The notes beneath the pieces are model-generated. The model saw only the letters and a program-made list of their open reading frames with translations, was not told the origin of the DNA and did no database searches. A DNA stretch of 64,000 bases. Source: a virus. The position numbers and the translations under genes are program-made. This document shows positions 54,394 through 64,000 of this stretch, piece by piece. The stretch spans positions 24,236-88,235 of IMG/VR virus record IMGVR_UViG_3300006919_000042. The stretch is one strand, 5' to 3'. Positions within the stretch are counted from its first letter, which is position 1; every line of letters starts with the position of its first letter.

Positions 54394-54888
54394 ATGAAAA
54401 CATTAATCTTTCAAGACCCAGCACAAACCTTACGAGTAGAGGCTAAAGTTGACATTATGGCGACTAACGCTGAATTACAAACAGCAGGATTCGATACTCG
54501 TTTCACCAACATGGAGATTGTTGACAATGATGCATCTAAGATTGCAGGTATTGATTTGACTGAGGTTGAATATAGTTGGATTGCAATAAGACAATTTGCT
54601 GAGGACAACGGATTTTCTCTTACTGTCATTGACATTAATGAGAACGCATCTGATGACATTGTTACTTGGACAGCAATCACTGGTACAGTAGCCGGAACAA
54701 TAGGATTGGCTGCAATCACTGGTACTGCTACTGATTTTGACCCTGAGTTAGATGTCGATGACGTTGTTAGTATAGACGGGTTCGTTTACACAATAGCAAC
54801 AAGAGCCGGTGCAGCTGATACAGCAGCAACGATCAATGAGACTTTCCAGACAACATTTACTGGAGTTCCATTATACATCAAGAACTAA
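54394..54888 (+). CDS. Hypothetical structural protein
   Basis: Thr/Ala-rich, ITGTATDF motif; lies in the head module. Confidence 0.6.
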   Translation: MKTLIFQDPAQTLRVEAKVDIMATNAELQTAGFDTRFTNMEIVDNDASKIAGIDLTEVEYSWIAIRQFAEDNGFSLTVIDINENASDDIVTWTAITGTVAGTIGLAAITGTATDFDPELDVDDVVSIDGFVYTIATRAGAADTAATINETFQTTFTGVPLYIKN

Positions 54889-54889
54889 T

Positions 54890-56437
54890 ATGAACAAAGA
54901 TTTCAAAATACACATCCCGATTGAGCTAATCAAGGGGAAGGATAAGTCTGGAGCAGCTACCATGAAAATGAGAGGTATAGCTTCAACCCCTTCGTTAGAC
55001 GCTGACGGTGAGTATCTTGATCCGAAAGGATTCCAGTCCGACTATTTTCTTAAACATGGGTTTATGAATTGGAATCATCAAACAAATAATGACCCATCTT
55101 CTATTGTAGGTCGACCTACATCAGCCAATGTAAAAGGAAAGGATTACGTTATAGGCTTTGATCTATTCCCCGAAAGCAAAAAAGCACAACAAGTATTCGA
55201 GTTACAACAAGTATTGGAAACACAAGGACTTGCGTTAGGCCTTTCTATTGAAGGAAAGGTTGTCGAACGAGACGCTAACAATAAGTCAAAGGTGACCAAA
55301 GCGCTAATTACTGGATGCGCTATTACTCCAAACCCAAAAAACAGGGATACAGTTGCTGAGATTATCAAAGGCAATACCACGTATAGTGCGTTGGTTGATG
55401 AAGACGAGAACGAGGACGACGACGAAGACAAGGAAGAAGAAAAGTCAATGTCTGCAGGCTCTTCAAGTGGTCAGGCATTGGCTTTGGAGTCATTAAATAG
55501 CGACACAAAAACGCTGGCATACAAGAAAAAAATTAAAAAGGGTGACATCTTAGAGAAAATTTCCCGAGATTTACCATTAATTAATAACCAGATGGTTTCT
55601 ACCATCTATGATTTAACAACAAAAATTCAAAAAGCGATGGATAACGCCAAAACAAACAACGAGGTTCCTGAAGTTACAGTAGAAAGTCTTGAGAAGGCAT
55701 ACGAAATTTTAGGTCTGACAGAAACAACCGAAGAAATAGTGCAAGAAGTCGTAAAAGGTGAAGACTCTACAGTATTGAATGAAATGACACCTGAGGCAAT
55801 AGCAGCTAAAAAAGCTGAACTTCAAAAATCTCTTGCAGATATCGAAGCACTTGAAAAAGGTGAAGAGGTTGAGGTAGTAGCGGAAGCTGCTGCAGAAGTG
55901 GTTCAAGAAATCATTAAAGGTGAAGAGGTTGTAGCAGAAGAAGTTGCAGAAGTTGTTGCAGAAGTTGTTACAGCACCAGTTGTTACAGCGCCAGTTGTTG
56001 AACCAACTGCACAAAATGAAGTAGTAAAAGCTATGACAGAAGTTTTCAAAGGAGAACTTGCTGGTGTAGCAGAAGCAAATAAAGAAAAATTCAAAGCCGT
56101 TGGAATGCTTGTTAAAGGTTTCCAAGAAGAGGTACAAGAGCTGAGAGGCCAAGTACAAGAAATGGCAGATGAAACTCCTGGAAAGAAAACAATCACTAAA
56201 GCACAAGTACTTAAAAAGTCATTTGATAATGGTGAAGGTGACGATAAAGGACTCAACTATGTGAGTATCAAAGCAAACAAATCATCTATTGCAAAAGCAT
56301 TGACAGATGATTTCTTCAAAGGTGAAGTTCAAGACGAGAAATTCAGAAAGAGCTTATTGAAGTTTGATCAATCAAGTGTTGCTGATCCAGCAGTAGTTGC
56401 AAAAGCAAAAGAATTAGGAATGACTCTTGTACCATAA
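54890..56437 (+). CDS. Prohead protease fused to acidic scaffold
   Basis: GIASTPSLDADGE, NWNH, LSIEG, CAITPNPKN; C-terminal part Glu-rich with many hydrophobic-x-K-[GAS] sites. Confidence 0.9.
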   Translation: MNKDFKIHIPIELIKGKDKSGAATMKMRGIASTPSLDADGEYLDPKGFQSDYFLKHGFMNWNHQTNNDPSSIVGRPTSANVKGKDYVIGFDLFPESKKAQQVFELQQVLETQGLALGLSIEGKVVERDANNKSKVTKALITGCAITPNPKNRDTVAEIIKGNTTYSALVDEDENEDDDEDKEEEKSMSAGSSSGQALALESLNSDTKTLAYKKKIKKGDILEKISRDLPLINNQMVSTIYDLTTKIQKAMDNAKTNNEVPEVTVESLEKAYEILGLTETTEEIVQEVVKGEDSTVLNEMTPEAIAAKKAELQKSLADIEALEKGEEVEVVAEAAAEVVQEIIKGEEVVAEEVAEVVAEVVTAPVVTAPVVEPTAQNEVVKAMTEVFKGELAGVAEANKEKFKAVGMLVKGFQEEVQELRGQVQEMADETPGKKTITKAQVLKKSFDNGEGDDKGLNYVSIKANKSSIAKALTDDFFKGEVQDEKFRKSLLKFDQSSVADPAVVAKAKELGMTLVP

Positions 56438-56512
56438 GAGTAGTACCACACAATAACACCATCGTAAGTTAAAGCATCGGAAGAAATTTAATAACAAAAA
56501 CAATTTTTTCTA

Positions 56513-58036
56513 ATGGAAAATCTATCAGTAAACTTAGATTCCTACAATCACGGAAGCGGTTTCGCAGGAGAAGCTAGCCAACAAGCAGACATTTCTTCTG
56601 AGCAATTAGCTGAGTTAGCAAAAGCTCTTGAAGCTGGCGCTCTACAAGGTGGTGATTTAGTAGGGTCACAAACAAATGGTGGCGCTTTAAAGACAGAGTC
56701 TTTGGAGAGTTCACTTAAATTAATCACGTTCCGTGAGTCGGATATTCGTTTTTGGAAGAGATTCCCAAAAACAGCTGCGTATAACACAGTTGAAGAATAT
56801 AACCAACACACTAGCTACGGTACAGAAAGAGGTGGTTTCAACAACGAAGGCGAATTGCCGGAAGAAGAAGATTCTAGCTATGTACGTAAGGCAGAGCACG
56901 TTAAGTACTTAGGTGTAACTAAATCAGTTACTCACCCAATGCAATTGGTTAGTACTAACGTTGGAAACATTGTTCAAAAAGAAACCACTAATGGAATTAT
57001 GTGGATCTTACGTAAAGCAGACAGAGCTTTGTTTTACGGTGATGAGAAAGTGATCGGCCAGGAATGGAACGGACTTTATGCTCAGCATTTGAATAACGAT
57101 CAATTCGCTAACTTAGAAGAGTATTATGCTTCTAACTTAGTAATCGATTTAAGAGGGGCAGCTTTAACTGAAGCGAACATTGAGACTGGTGCTCAAACGC
57201 TTTTAACTAAGTTCTCTCAACCTGATTTACTTGTTGGTCCTCCAATAGTATTCAGTGAATTTGCTAAAGGATTCTATGCTCGTCAAAGAATTCAAATGGG
57301 TGGAACTCAAAACGCTAATGTTTCCGGTGCAACAACTGGTCAGCACATTAGTAACTTCCAATCTATGTACGGCAAAATCGATTTCGAATATGATATCTTT
57401 GCAGCTAAGGGAGTAGGGAAATTATCTAGTACAGGAGCAAGTTCGCCAAAAGCCCCAGCGTCTCCGAACGTTGCAGGTGGTGTAGTAGTTGCTACTGGAG
57501 ATGGTTTATCAGCTTTCGCAGATGGAATTGGCGATTATTTTTATGCAATCGCAGCAACTAACCGATATGGTGAGTCAGCAATGGCACAGATTGGCGCTAC
57601 AATTACAGTAGCAAATGCAGATGATGCAGTTGATTTGACTTTCCTTGCAGGAGCAGGAGCTTATACTCCTAATGCATATACAGTTTACAGATCAGAAAAG
57701 AATCCAGGAAGTACTTTCGCTAACACAGTGATGTATCCAATCGCAACAGTTCCAGCTACTGGTACTGACGTTAAGAGAGGATCATTAGCAAATGGTGTTG
57801 ACGGTGGTGCAGCAGGAACAGTAAGAGATAGAAACAGAGTTTTACCAAACACTCAAGAAGCACTTTTACTTCAAGGTGACACAGACGTTATAGAGTTCAA
57901 GCAATTAGCTCCATTAATGAAAATGCCATTAGCGAAGTTAAGTCCAGCTGACAGATTCATGGTATTACTTTATGGTACTCCAATAGTGTACGCACCATCA
58001 AAAATGGTACGTTACGTAAACATTGGTTTAGCATAA
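56513..58036 (+). CDS. Major capsid protein (SPO1/Twort-like)
   Basis: ELAKAL cleavage-like site, GALKTESL, YNTVEEY, EGELP, LFYGD, LAPLMKMPLA, LYGTP. Confidence 0.92.
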   Translation: MENLSVNLDSYNHGSGFAGEASQQADISSEQLAELAKALEAGALQGGDLVGSQTNGGALKTESLESSLKLITFRESDIRFWKRFPKTAAYNTVEEYNQHTSYGTERGGFNNEGELPEEEDSSYVRKAEHVKYLGVTKSVTHPMQLVSTNVGNIVQKETTNGIMWILRKADRALFYGDEKVIGQEWNGLYAQHLNNDQFANLEEYYASNLVIDLRGAALTEANIETGAQTLLTKFSQPDLLVGPPIVFSEFAKGFYARQRIQMGGTQNANVSGATTGQHISNFQSMYGKIDFEYDIFAAKGVGKLSSTGASSPKAPASPNVAGGVVVATGDGLSAFADGIGDYFYAIAATNRYGESAMAQIGATITVANADDAVDLTFLAGAGAYTPNAYTVYRSEKNPGSTFANTVMYPIATVPATGTDVKRGSLANGVDGGAAGTVRDRNRVLPNTQEALLLQGDTDVIEFKQLAPLMKMPLAKLSPADRFMVLLYGTPIVYAPSKMVRYVNIGLA

Positions 58037-58058
58037 GAAAAAATCTTAAGCATATATC

Positions 58059-58090
58059 AAAAAGCCTTCCAATTCGGAAGGCTTTTTTTT
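58059..58090 (+). terminator. Intrinsic terminator after the capsid gene
   Basis: AAAAAGCCTTCC-AATTC-GGAAGGCTTTTTTTT. Confidence 0.92.
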
Positions 58091-58168
58091 GTTAGCTCAA
58101 AAAGTTTTGTTACCAATCATACTTTCAGTATATTTAGTGTCTATAAATAACATAAACAAACAATTGTC

Positions 58169-58648
58169 ATGGCAAAAGTAAAAACAAAACACTCGTGGGA
58201 ATTTGGTGGTACGCGAACTACTGGTTCTGGAGAAATCAAATTCGACAAAGAAGGATTGTCACAAGAGATTGATGATAACGTCGCACAAGCATTAGCAAAT
58301 GCATCTCCTTCATTAGTTGTCGATGGAGAAATTGAAAAACAAATTGAAGATATCAAACCGAAAGCAATCGTCGTTGAGACAAAGGATGATCCAGCAGACG
58401 ATTTAACTGGGGCTGATTTAGCTGCAGACGTTGATCCAGAAGATGTTGTAGTGCCAGGAGTAGATGCACCACAAGATGATGTAGTAGAGCACAAATCTGC
58501 ATTCACAAAAGAAGATTTAGTAGAGTTAAATATTGGTGAGATTAGAGCAATTCTAGTTCAAGCTGAAATTCCAGAATCAGAGTGGGAACACTTCAAAGGA
58601 AAAGACGCAAAAGATCCATTAATTGACTTTGTATTAACAAAAGTATAA
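58169..58648 (+). CDS. Acidic hypothetical protein following the capsid gene
   Basis: GEIKFDKEG; helical C-terminal motif. Confidence 0.65.
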   Translation: MAKVKTKHSWEFGGTRTTGSGEIKFDKEGLSQEIDDNVAQALANASPSLVVDGEIEKQIEDIKPKAIVVETKDDPADDLTGADLAADVDPEDVVVPGVDAPQDDVVEHKSAFTKEDLVELNIGEIRAILVQAEIPESEWEHFKGKDAKDPLIDFVLTKV

Positions 58649-58649
58649 T

Positions 58650-59432
58650 ATGGCCCAAATAGCATATTCATTACAATCAAGTAAGAATGATTTGTCAATT
58701 TCTCCCGAGGAGTTGGCAAATCGCTATTTCTTTGGCATTCCTATCAAGGACCAGTCAGGGAATGTGATGAGCAGTGATAATATCTCGTTCTACATAAGAG
58801 CGGCAACTGAATCAATGGAAGGGTTATTGAACCTCAAACTGACTAAACAAGTTGTTGCAGAGAACCTATCGTATATGCTAAATGAGTATAGAAGTTGGGG
58901 ATTCATCTCGACTTCATTTCCAGTATTAGCTGTAGGCGCTTTGTCCGGTTTCTTAGGGAAGACAGAACAAATCAAATTCCCAATTGGTTGGTTAGCAATC
59001 AAAACCAGTACAGATCCAACAGCAGCACAACGAATAGTCAATATTGTACCTACAGTCGGTCAAGTAGAATCAACAAGTGTAGTGTACAGTGGAATATCGC
59101 CACACGTAGGATGGTTCGGTCAACAAACCATTCCACGATATTGGACACTAACCTATTGTACATCATTTGATGTATTGCCTGAGGATATTCTTGATGCTAT
59201 TGGAAAATTAGCAGCGATGAACATATTTCATCAATTAGGAGATATCATTTTAGGTGCTGGTATAGCATCACAATCACTAGGAATCGACGGGTTAAGTCAA
59301 TCAATATCAACAACATCTTCTGCAACTAACGCTGGTTACGGTGCTAGAATTACAGGATACATCACCGACTTAAAGCAAGCCCGTACTGATCTAAAGAACA
59401 AGTATGATGGAATAGCTTTTACAGTAGGATAA
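58650..59432 (+). CDS. Head-tail adaptor/neck protein (Twort/SPO1-like)
   Basis: YFFGI, GDIILGAGIASQSLGIDGLSQSISTT. Confidence 0.75.
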   Translation: MAQIAYSLQSSKNDLSISPEELANRYFFGIPIKDQSGNVMSSDNISFYIRAATESMEGLLNLKLTKQVVAENLSYMLNEYRSWGFISTSFPVLAVGALSGFLGKTEQIKFPIGWLAIKTSTDPTAAQRIVNIVPTVGQVESTSVVYSGISPHVGWFGQQTIPRYWTLTYCTSFDVLPEDILDAIGKLAAMNIFHQLGDIILGAGIASQSLGIDGLSQSISTTSSATNAGYGARITGYITDLKQARTDLKNKYDGIAFTVG

Positions 59433-59433
59433 G

Positions 59434-60642
59434 ATGTCAGAACACAAAAAGAACGATAACGTATTAGTTTCTCAAACAGAGAATACAATCTTGAAGAAGA
59501 CCGGTAGGGTCGATCTTGTCAAGAGTAGCTTTGATGACTTAGTTCTTCAAAAGGGTTATGCTGCGTACGTAGATAAAGCTCTGAGATGTCCTTGTAGAAA
59601 TAAATTAGATTCACAACCATTAAGTGACTGTAAGAATTGCGGTGGTAGTGGATATATTTTTATTAACAGAACAAAGACCAGAATTGTCCTTCAAGGGATG
59701 GGTTCTAATGTTGATTACAAAGAGTGGAGTGAAACTGAAATGGGTACCGCAAAAATTACTGCGTTACAAGAACTTGAATTAGCATACATGGATAGAGTTA
59801 CTATCATGAATGGATTTGCAATTCACAATCAATCAGTATTCTGTCAAATAGTAGATGCGAAAGTTAAAGGAAAATTGATTTATACGCCGTTAGAGATTTC
59901 TGAGATCTATTTGTTCGAGGGATCTGCTGTTAAATTAAAGTTCTTACTACCTGAGACAGACTTTACTGTTAATGATAATGTAATTACATTAAATGATTCT
60001 TATATACCCTCTCACAGCGATGATAATCCTTTAACGCTATCTGTAAGATATAAACATAATCCTCAATATCATATAATTGATATCCCTAGGGACACAATTG
60101 CATCATATAAAAGAGATGCTGGTTCAGAAGTTAATCAAACGCTTCCTAACCACGCAATTGCGAGAAAGGCACATTATGTATTAGATGAGACTAATTACGG
60201 TGTAGAATGGTTGTTCAATAACGATTACACGCCAGAATGTAGTATTTGGCAAGCAAGCAATGATATTGTTACGATCATAAGAAAGACAATTAATGTTGAG
60301 AATAGTGATCAAACATTAGAAGAGCTGTTGTCGTCAGGTGCATTTTTGACAATAGTGTCAGAAGATACAGCAACTCAAACACTATTAAGTCAATATACAG
60401 TTGATCAAGTAGATGATGTCACTTCAGATGTAGTGATTTATGTAGGTAAGCTCAAAGGAGATTATCTTACAAGTGGTAAGTGGTTGATTGAGAAAATTAC
60501 AGTAGCAGAAAGTGGTGATGAGGATGAGGATGTAATTACAATTGAATATTTCAATGGAGATGTCATTGGTGATTATGCAACAAATTGGGATAATAGAGTA
60601 GGATTAACATATGTCGCTGATACAGCATTAACAAACTTATAA
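59434..60642 (+). CDS. Head-closure/neck protein (Twort/SPO1-like) with extension
   Basis: KALRCPC...CKNCGGSGYIF, GTAKIT, DRVT, SVRY. Confidence 0.7.
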   Translation: MSEHKKNDNVLVSQTENTILKKTGRVDLVKSSFDDLVLQKGYAAYVDKALRCPCRNKLDSQPLSDCKNCGGSGYIFINRTKTRIVLQGMGSNVDYKEWSETEMGTAKITALQELELAYMDRVTIMNGFAIHNQSVFCQIVDAKVKGKLIYTPLEISEIYLFEGSAVKLKFLLPETDFTVNDNVITLNDSYIPSHSDDNPLTLSVRYKHNPQYHIIDIPRDTIASYKRDAGSEVNQTLPNHAIARKAHYVLDETNYGVEWLFNNDYTPECSIWQASNDIVTIIRKTINVENSDQTLEELLSSGAFLTIVSEDTATQTLLSQYTVDQVDDVTSDVVIYVGKLKGDYLTSGKWLIEKITVAESGDEDEDVITIEYFNGDVIGDYATNWDNRVGLTYVADTALTNL

Positions 60643-62282
60643 TGGCAGCACCAAGCTATACAGAAGACTTAACAGACATTGATTTAGCAGAATCAGGAAG
60701 TACTGGATGGACAGCATTCAACATCTCAGGTGGTGGTGGTGGAGCACCAGCATTTGGAGCGGATTTAGGTATGCAAGGAGCTGGATGTTGGGATAAAGCT
60801 GCATCTAATGCAGAAAGAGGCTTGGCAGTTAATAAAACTCCAGGAGCAGGAACGGTAGCAGCAGGAGTTCACATATTTCAATGGGGGTTCGTAGCAACTC
60901 CAGGTATTACAGATGTTTATGCAACTAGAGGAGTTTATATTATAATAGGAACAAGCACAACTAACTTCATGCAATTTACTGTTGAAGGAAAAGATACAAT
61001 TGGAGCTGGTGGTAGAGTTGGGAAATGTTATCCAATTAGATATGTGACCACATCTAACACAGGAAGTGTTCCTTATAGAACTGTTAATGGTACACCTGGA
61101 GCAACACCTACTTATTTTGGGTATGGAATTAAGACAACAGCAACAGCTAAAGGATCTAATATGGGTGCGGATGCTGTAAGATATGGTACTGGTGCTTATT
61201 TAACTGCGGGAGAATTAATATCTGCAGGAGATGCTTCGGATGATCCTTGTACATTTACAGGATTTGCTACTCAAAACGATGCTGTAGCGAATAGATGGGG
61301 TATCTTATCACTTATTGGTGGATCATTTGAACTTCAAGGTACTTTTGCAATAGGACAAAATAACGCAGGAACAGCTACTTTAGCAAGATTTTTGGATTCT
61401 GACAAGAATGTCATTGTAGTTGATACAGTTCATAGTGAAGCTACATTCACTAAGATTATCATCGATCACGCATCTACAAGATGTGAGTGGAACTATATCT
61501 CAATTACAGCTTTAGGGACACATAATAGAGGAAGCATACTAGTAAACAATGCATCTACAACCTTTTTAGTGGTAGGTGGAATATGGACTGGTTTAAGTAC
61601 GGTAGTACTTGCAGCAGCTGCTGTACTTACGGGCGTTACGCTGAGAAGTACTGATTTAATTACCTTAGCTGGAGCAGAGCTTACAGATTGTAATATAGAG
61701 AACAGTCGAAACGCAACTTCAGTTCTTGCAACTACTTTAGATGATATCACTGGATGTAATTTTATCAGCGATGGATCTAATCACGCAGTTGAACTTAATT
61801 CTATTGGTGGAGGAGCAATGAGTTGGGGAAATACATTAGAAGGATACGTAGCAGGAACTGCAGCAAGTCCAGTAACACCAACATCAACTGGTAATGAAGC
61901 AATTTATGTCAATGTAGCAACCGCTTCAGACTTGACAATTAATGTAGGAACGGGAGCAACAATACCGAGTATAAGAGTAGGAGTAAGTTTTACAGGAAAT
62001 GTAAATGTTGTAAGTTCATTTACTCTTACAATTACAGATGTCCCTAGTGGAGTACAAGTAACGATAGTAAATAGTAGCACAAGAACAGAGTTGCAGAACA
62101 CAACATCAACCGGAGTAGACATCACGTATGCGCACGGAGGAGGAGAAACTGTAGATATTTTACTAATGTCTAATGATTATGACCCTAATTCTTCGGATAT
62201 TTATGATCTAACTCTGCCAAGTGCAGATACAAGTATCAAGATTGCAGTTAGTGATGACTTAAATTACGATAACCCAACATAA
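60642..62282 (+). CDS. Virion structural protein (beta-rich)
   Basis: Gly/Thr-rich, beta-helix-like middle, ends DLNYDNP. Confidence 0.65.
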   Translation: MAAPSYTEDLTDIDLAESGSTGWTAFNISGGGGGAPAFGADLGMQGAGCWDKAASNAERGLAVNKTPGAGTVAAGVHIFQWGFVATPGITDVYATRGVYIIIGTSTTNFMQFTVEGKDTIGAGGRVGKCYPIRYVTTSNTGSVPYRTVNGTPGATPTYFGYGIKTTATAKGSNMGADAVRYGTGAYLTAGELISAGDASDDPCTFTGFATQNDAVANRWGILSLIGGSFELQGTFAIGQNNAGTATLARFLDSDKNVIVVDTVHSEATFTKIIIDHASTRCEWNYISITALGTHNRGSILVNNASTTFLVVGGIWTGLSTVVLAAAAVLTGVTLRSTDLITLAGAELTDCNIENSRNATSVLATTLDDITGCNFISDGSNHAVELNSIGGGAMSWGNTLEGYVAGTAASPVTPTSTGNEAIYVNVATASDLTINVGTGATIPSIRVGVSFTGNVNVVSSFTLTITDVPSGVQVTIVNSSTRTELQNTTSTGVDITYAHGGGETVDILLMSNDYDPNSSDIYDLTLPSADTSIKIAVSDDLNYDNPT

Positions 62283-62304
62283 TAATTAATAAACAACAAA
62301 AAAG

Positions 62305-64000
62305 ATGGCAAAGTTAATAGATCCGGATTCGTATTCAATTGCAGTAAATGCAACTGCTACGACCGAAGAAGTCGAAGTTCAGACTGGTGCAAAAACCGTT
62401 GAACTGAGAATTGCAGGAAATTTAGATGACACAGCCCCTGGAAAGACTTCGGGTGGAACTGCTAAATCTGTCTATTCCTTTTTAAAAGAAGAATGGTTGG
62501 CTAATTCAACCCTAAGACGATTCAGATTCCCAATCAAAATGATTTTTGAGGGGTCTTTCATTTGGATCAACGGATGGGCACCAGCTGGTCAACAAACAAG
62601 AGATTTATTCAGAGATGCAGGTTTCCAAGAACAAGTTTCAGGAAACATTAATGCATGTATGATTTCTCTTGGTGCGATTAATGCACCAGGTAGTGATTTA
62701 CCTTATTACACTGGAGTGTTTGGTCCGACAGCAGCTGTAACCAACTATGATAAGACGGGAGAGTTAAATGAAAACATTGATATCACTGGTAAAACAACAT
62801 ATCAAAAATCATTTTTAAGAATTCAAGGAAAAACTTATTCTGAGTACGAGCTACTTGCAGAACAAGGTTTATCTGTAATTGGATTCCAAGCATACTCGTT
62901 CCCACTTACAAACTTGATTGATTCTAAGATTGTAGAAACTGATGGAAACATTGATACTCTTACTCCTTACACTAATATGGAGATCAACTATGTTAAAGGT
63001 GTAGGATTTACAACATTTGCTGATGCTACAGTATATCCAGCAGCAGCAGTTGTACTTGATGCCGCTACTGGACGTTGGTTCTTTACAGCAGCTGGTGGTA
63101 CTTCAAACAATACTACAGTAGCAACCGACACTGGAGTTACTGATTGGGTAGCATACGCAGGAGAGATTCTTATTGGATCTACATATTATGCATTCAACAG
63201 ATTAATTGATGCAGGCACTGGTACAGACACTGAAGCATATTCTTTTATGCAACGTGAATTACGTCAGACAGGAGATATTAATGATGATACAGTTACGCCA
63301 GTAGCACAAGGTGCTTTTGGATCTGTTAACGGTAACGTTGCTGAGCTATTAGCTGAATACGTAGGAGATACATTAAAAATGAAACCTGGAGTTGCGATCA
63401 TTAATTTTGATGCAAATTCAACAAACAACATTAATCACCAACCTATCACAGTTGATGCGGGTGGTCTTGACGCCAATGGAGTTCCATTAGGTTCTAGTCT
63501 TGTTTTATTCCCGTTTGTATCTGCAGGTAATTTTGTATTCTCTGCAAACTACGTTAGTCAACCTGATGTAGATACAGTTTATACAGTATATTTTGATTAC
63601 ACGAAAATACAGACAGAAACGACAATAGCAACCACAGCTTCAGCTTCAGACGTAACAACATTTACAGATTCAGGAAGTGGAATGAATATTGGAGTAGGAG
63701 AATATTTCTTAGTTTCAGGATTCACTACAAATCCAACAAATAACGGATTATATCTAGAAACTGGTGGTTCTCCAACAAATGCTTCAGTAACAGCAACTAA
63801 ACAAGATGGCGTTACTGTAATTGATGAAGTTGCAGGCGATTCTGTGACGATTAAAGGAAATCCATTTGAATCTCCAGGAGCAGTTATTGTGAACAATAAT
63901 GCAGGATCTCCATTAGATGCTCAAATCACAGCAGGAACAATTGCTTGGGATTTTGACTTCACTAATAATGTTCAAGGAGGAAGAACAGCAGCAACACCAG
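62305..64000 (+). CDS. Virion structural protein, truncated by the window end (not in track)
   Basis: MAKLIDPD...VYSFLKEEW...FRFPI...FRDAG; no stop noticed before the window edge. Confidence 0.7.
   Translation, partial: MAKLIDPDSYSIAVNATATTEEVEVQTGAKTVELRIAGNLDDTAPGKTSGGTAKSVYSFLKEEWLANSTLRRFRFPIKMIFEGSFIWINGWAPAGQQTRDLFRDAGFQEQVSGNINACMISLGAINAPGSDLPYYTGVFGPTAAVTNYDKTGELNENIDITGKTTYQKSFLRIQGKTYSEYELLAEQGLSVIGFQAYSFPLTNLIDSKIVETDGNIDTLTPYTNMEINYVKGVGFTTFADATVYPAAAVVLDAATGRWFFTAAGGTSNNTTVATDTGVTDWVAYAGEILIGSTYYAFNRLIDAGTGTDTEAYSFMQRELRQTGDINDDTVTPVAQGAFGSVNGNVAELLAEYVGDTLKMKPGVAIINFDANSTNNINHQPITVDAGGLDANGVPLGSSLVLFPFVSAGNFVFSANYVSQPDVDTVYTVYFDYTKIQTETTIATTASASDVTTFTDSGSGMNIGVGEYFLVSGFTTNPTNNGLYLETGGSPTNASVTATKQDGVTVIDEVAGDSVTIKGNPFESPGAVIVNNNAGSPLDAQITAGTIAWDFDFTNNVQGGRTAATP

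Noticed and set aside
727-63896. All minus-strand ORFs in the track
   Set aside because: Short, motif-free shadows of + strand genes or intergenic signals; every promoter and terminator found points in the + direction
1-64000. tRNA genes, integrase or att sites, large terminase, tail sheath
   Set aside because: None recognised by eye; they may lie outside the window, and a tRNAscan-SE run would be needed to exclude tRNAs

Overview
A 64-kb segment of a large AT-rich, apparently lytic dsDNA tailed phage. The host is most likely a Bacteroidota/Flavobacteriaceae bacterium, judged from TTG...TAnnTTT(G)-type promoters, AT-rich start regions without Shine-Dalgarno sequences, and signal-peptide beta-barrel genes. 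All credible genes are on the + strand. Gene order: recombination block (sbcD-recA-sbcC-ruvC), early/accessory genes with rIIA/rIIB, nucleotide metabolism (dNMP kinase, RNase H, class II RNR), many small accessory ORFs, an HDAC-family deacetylase next to a GNAT-domain protein, a cluster of probable capsid-internal cargo proteins, a giant signal-peptide-bearing fibre-like protein, then an SPO1/Twort-like head module (portal, MuF, protease-scaffold, major capsid, neck). Three things stand out. (1) An early regulon with 14 copies of a promoter carrying the palindrome AGATA-N9-TATCT and 11 copies of an AAATCGGAA leader motif just before start codons, plus an intergenic hairpin at about 26.9 kb whose loop is the exact antisense of that motif (candidate global antisense sRNA). 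(2) An adjacent acetyl writer/eraser pair. (3) A family of proteins sharing prohead-protease-type cleavage sites and a common N-terminal module. All product calls come from reading motifs by eye; no database searches or folding programs were run.
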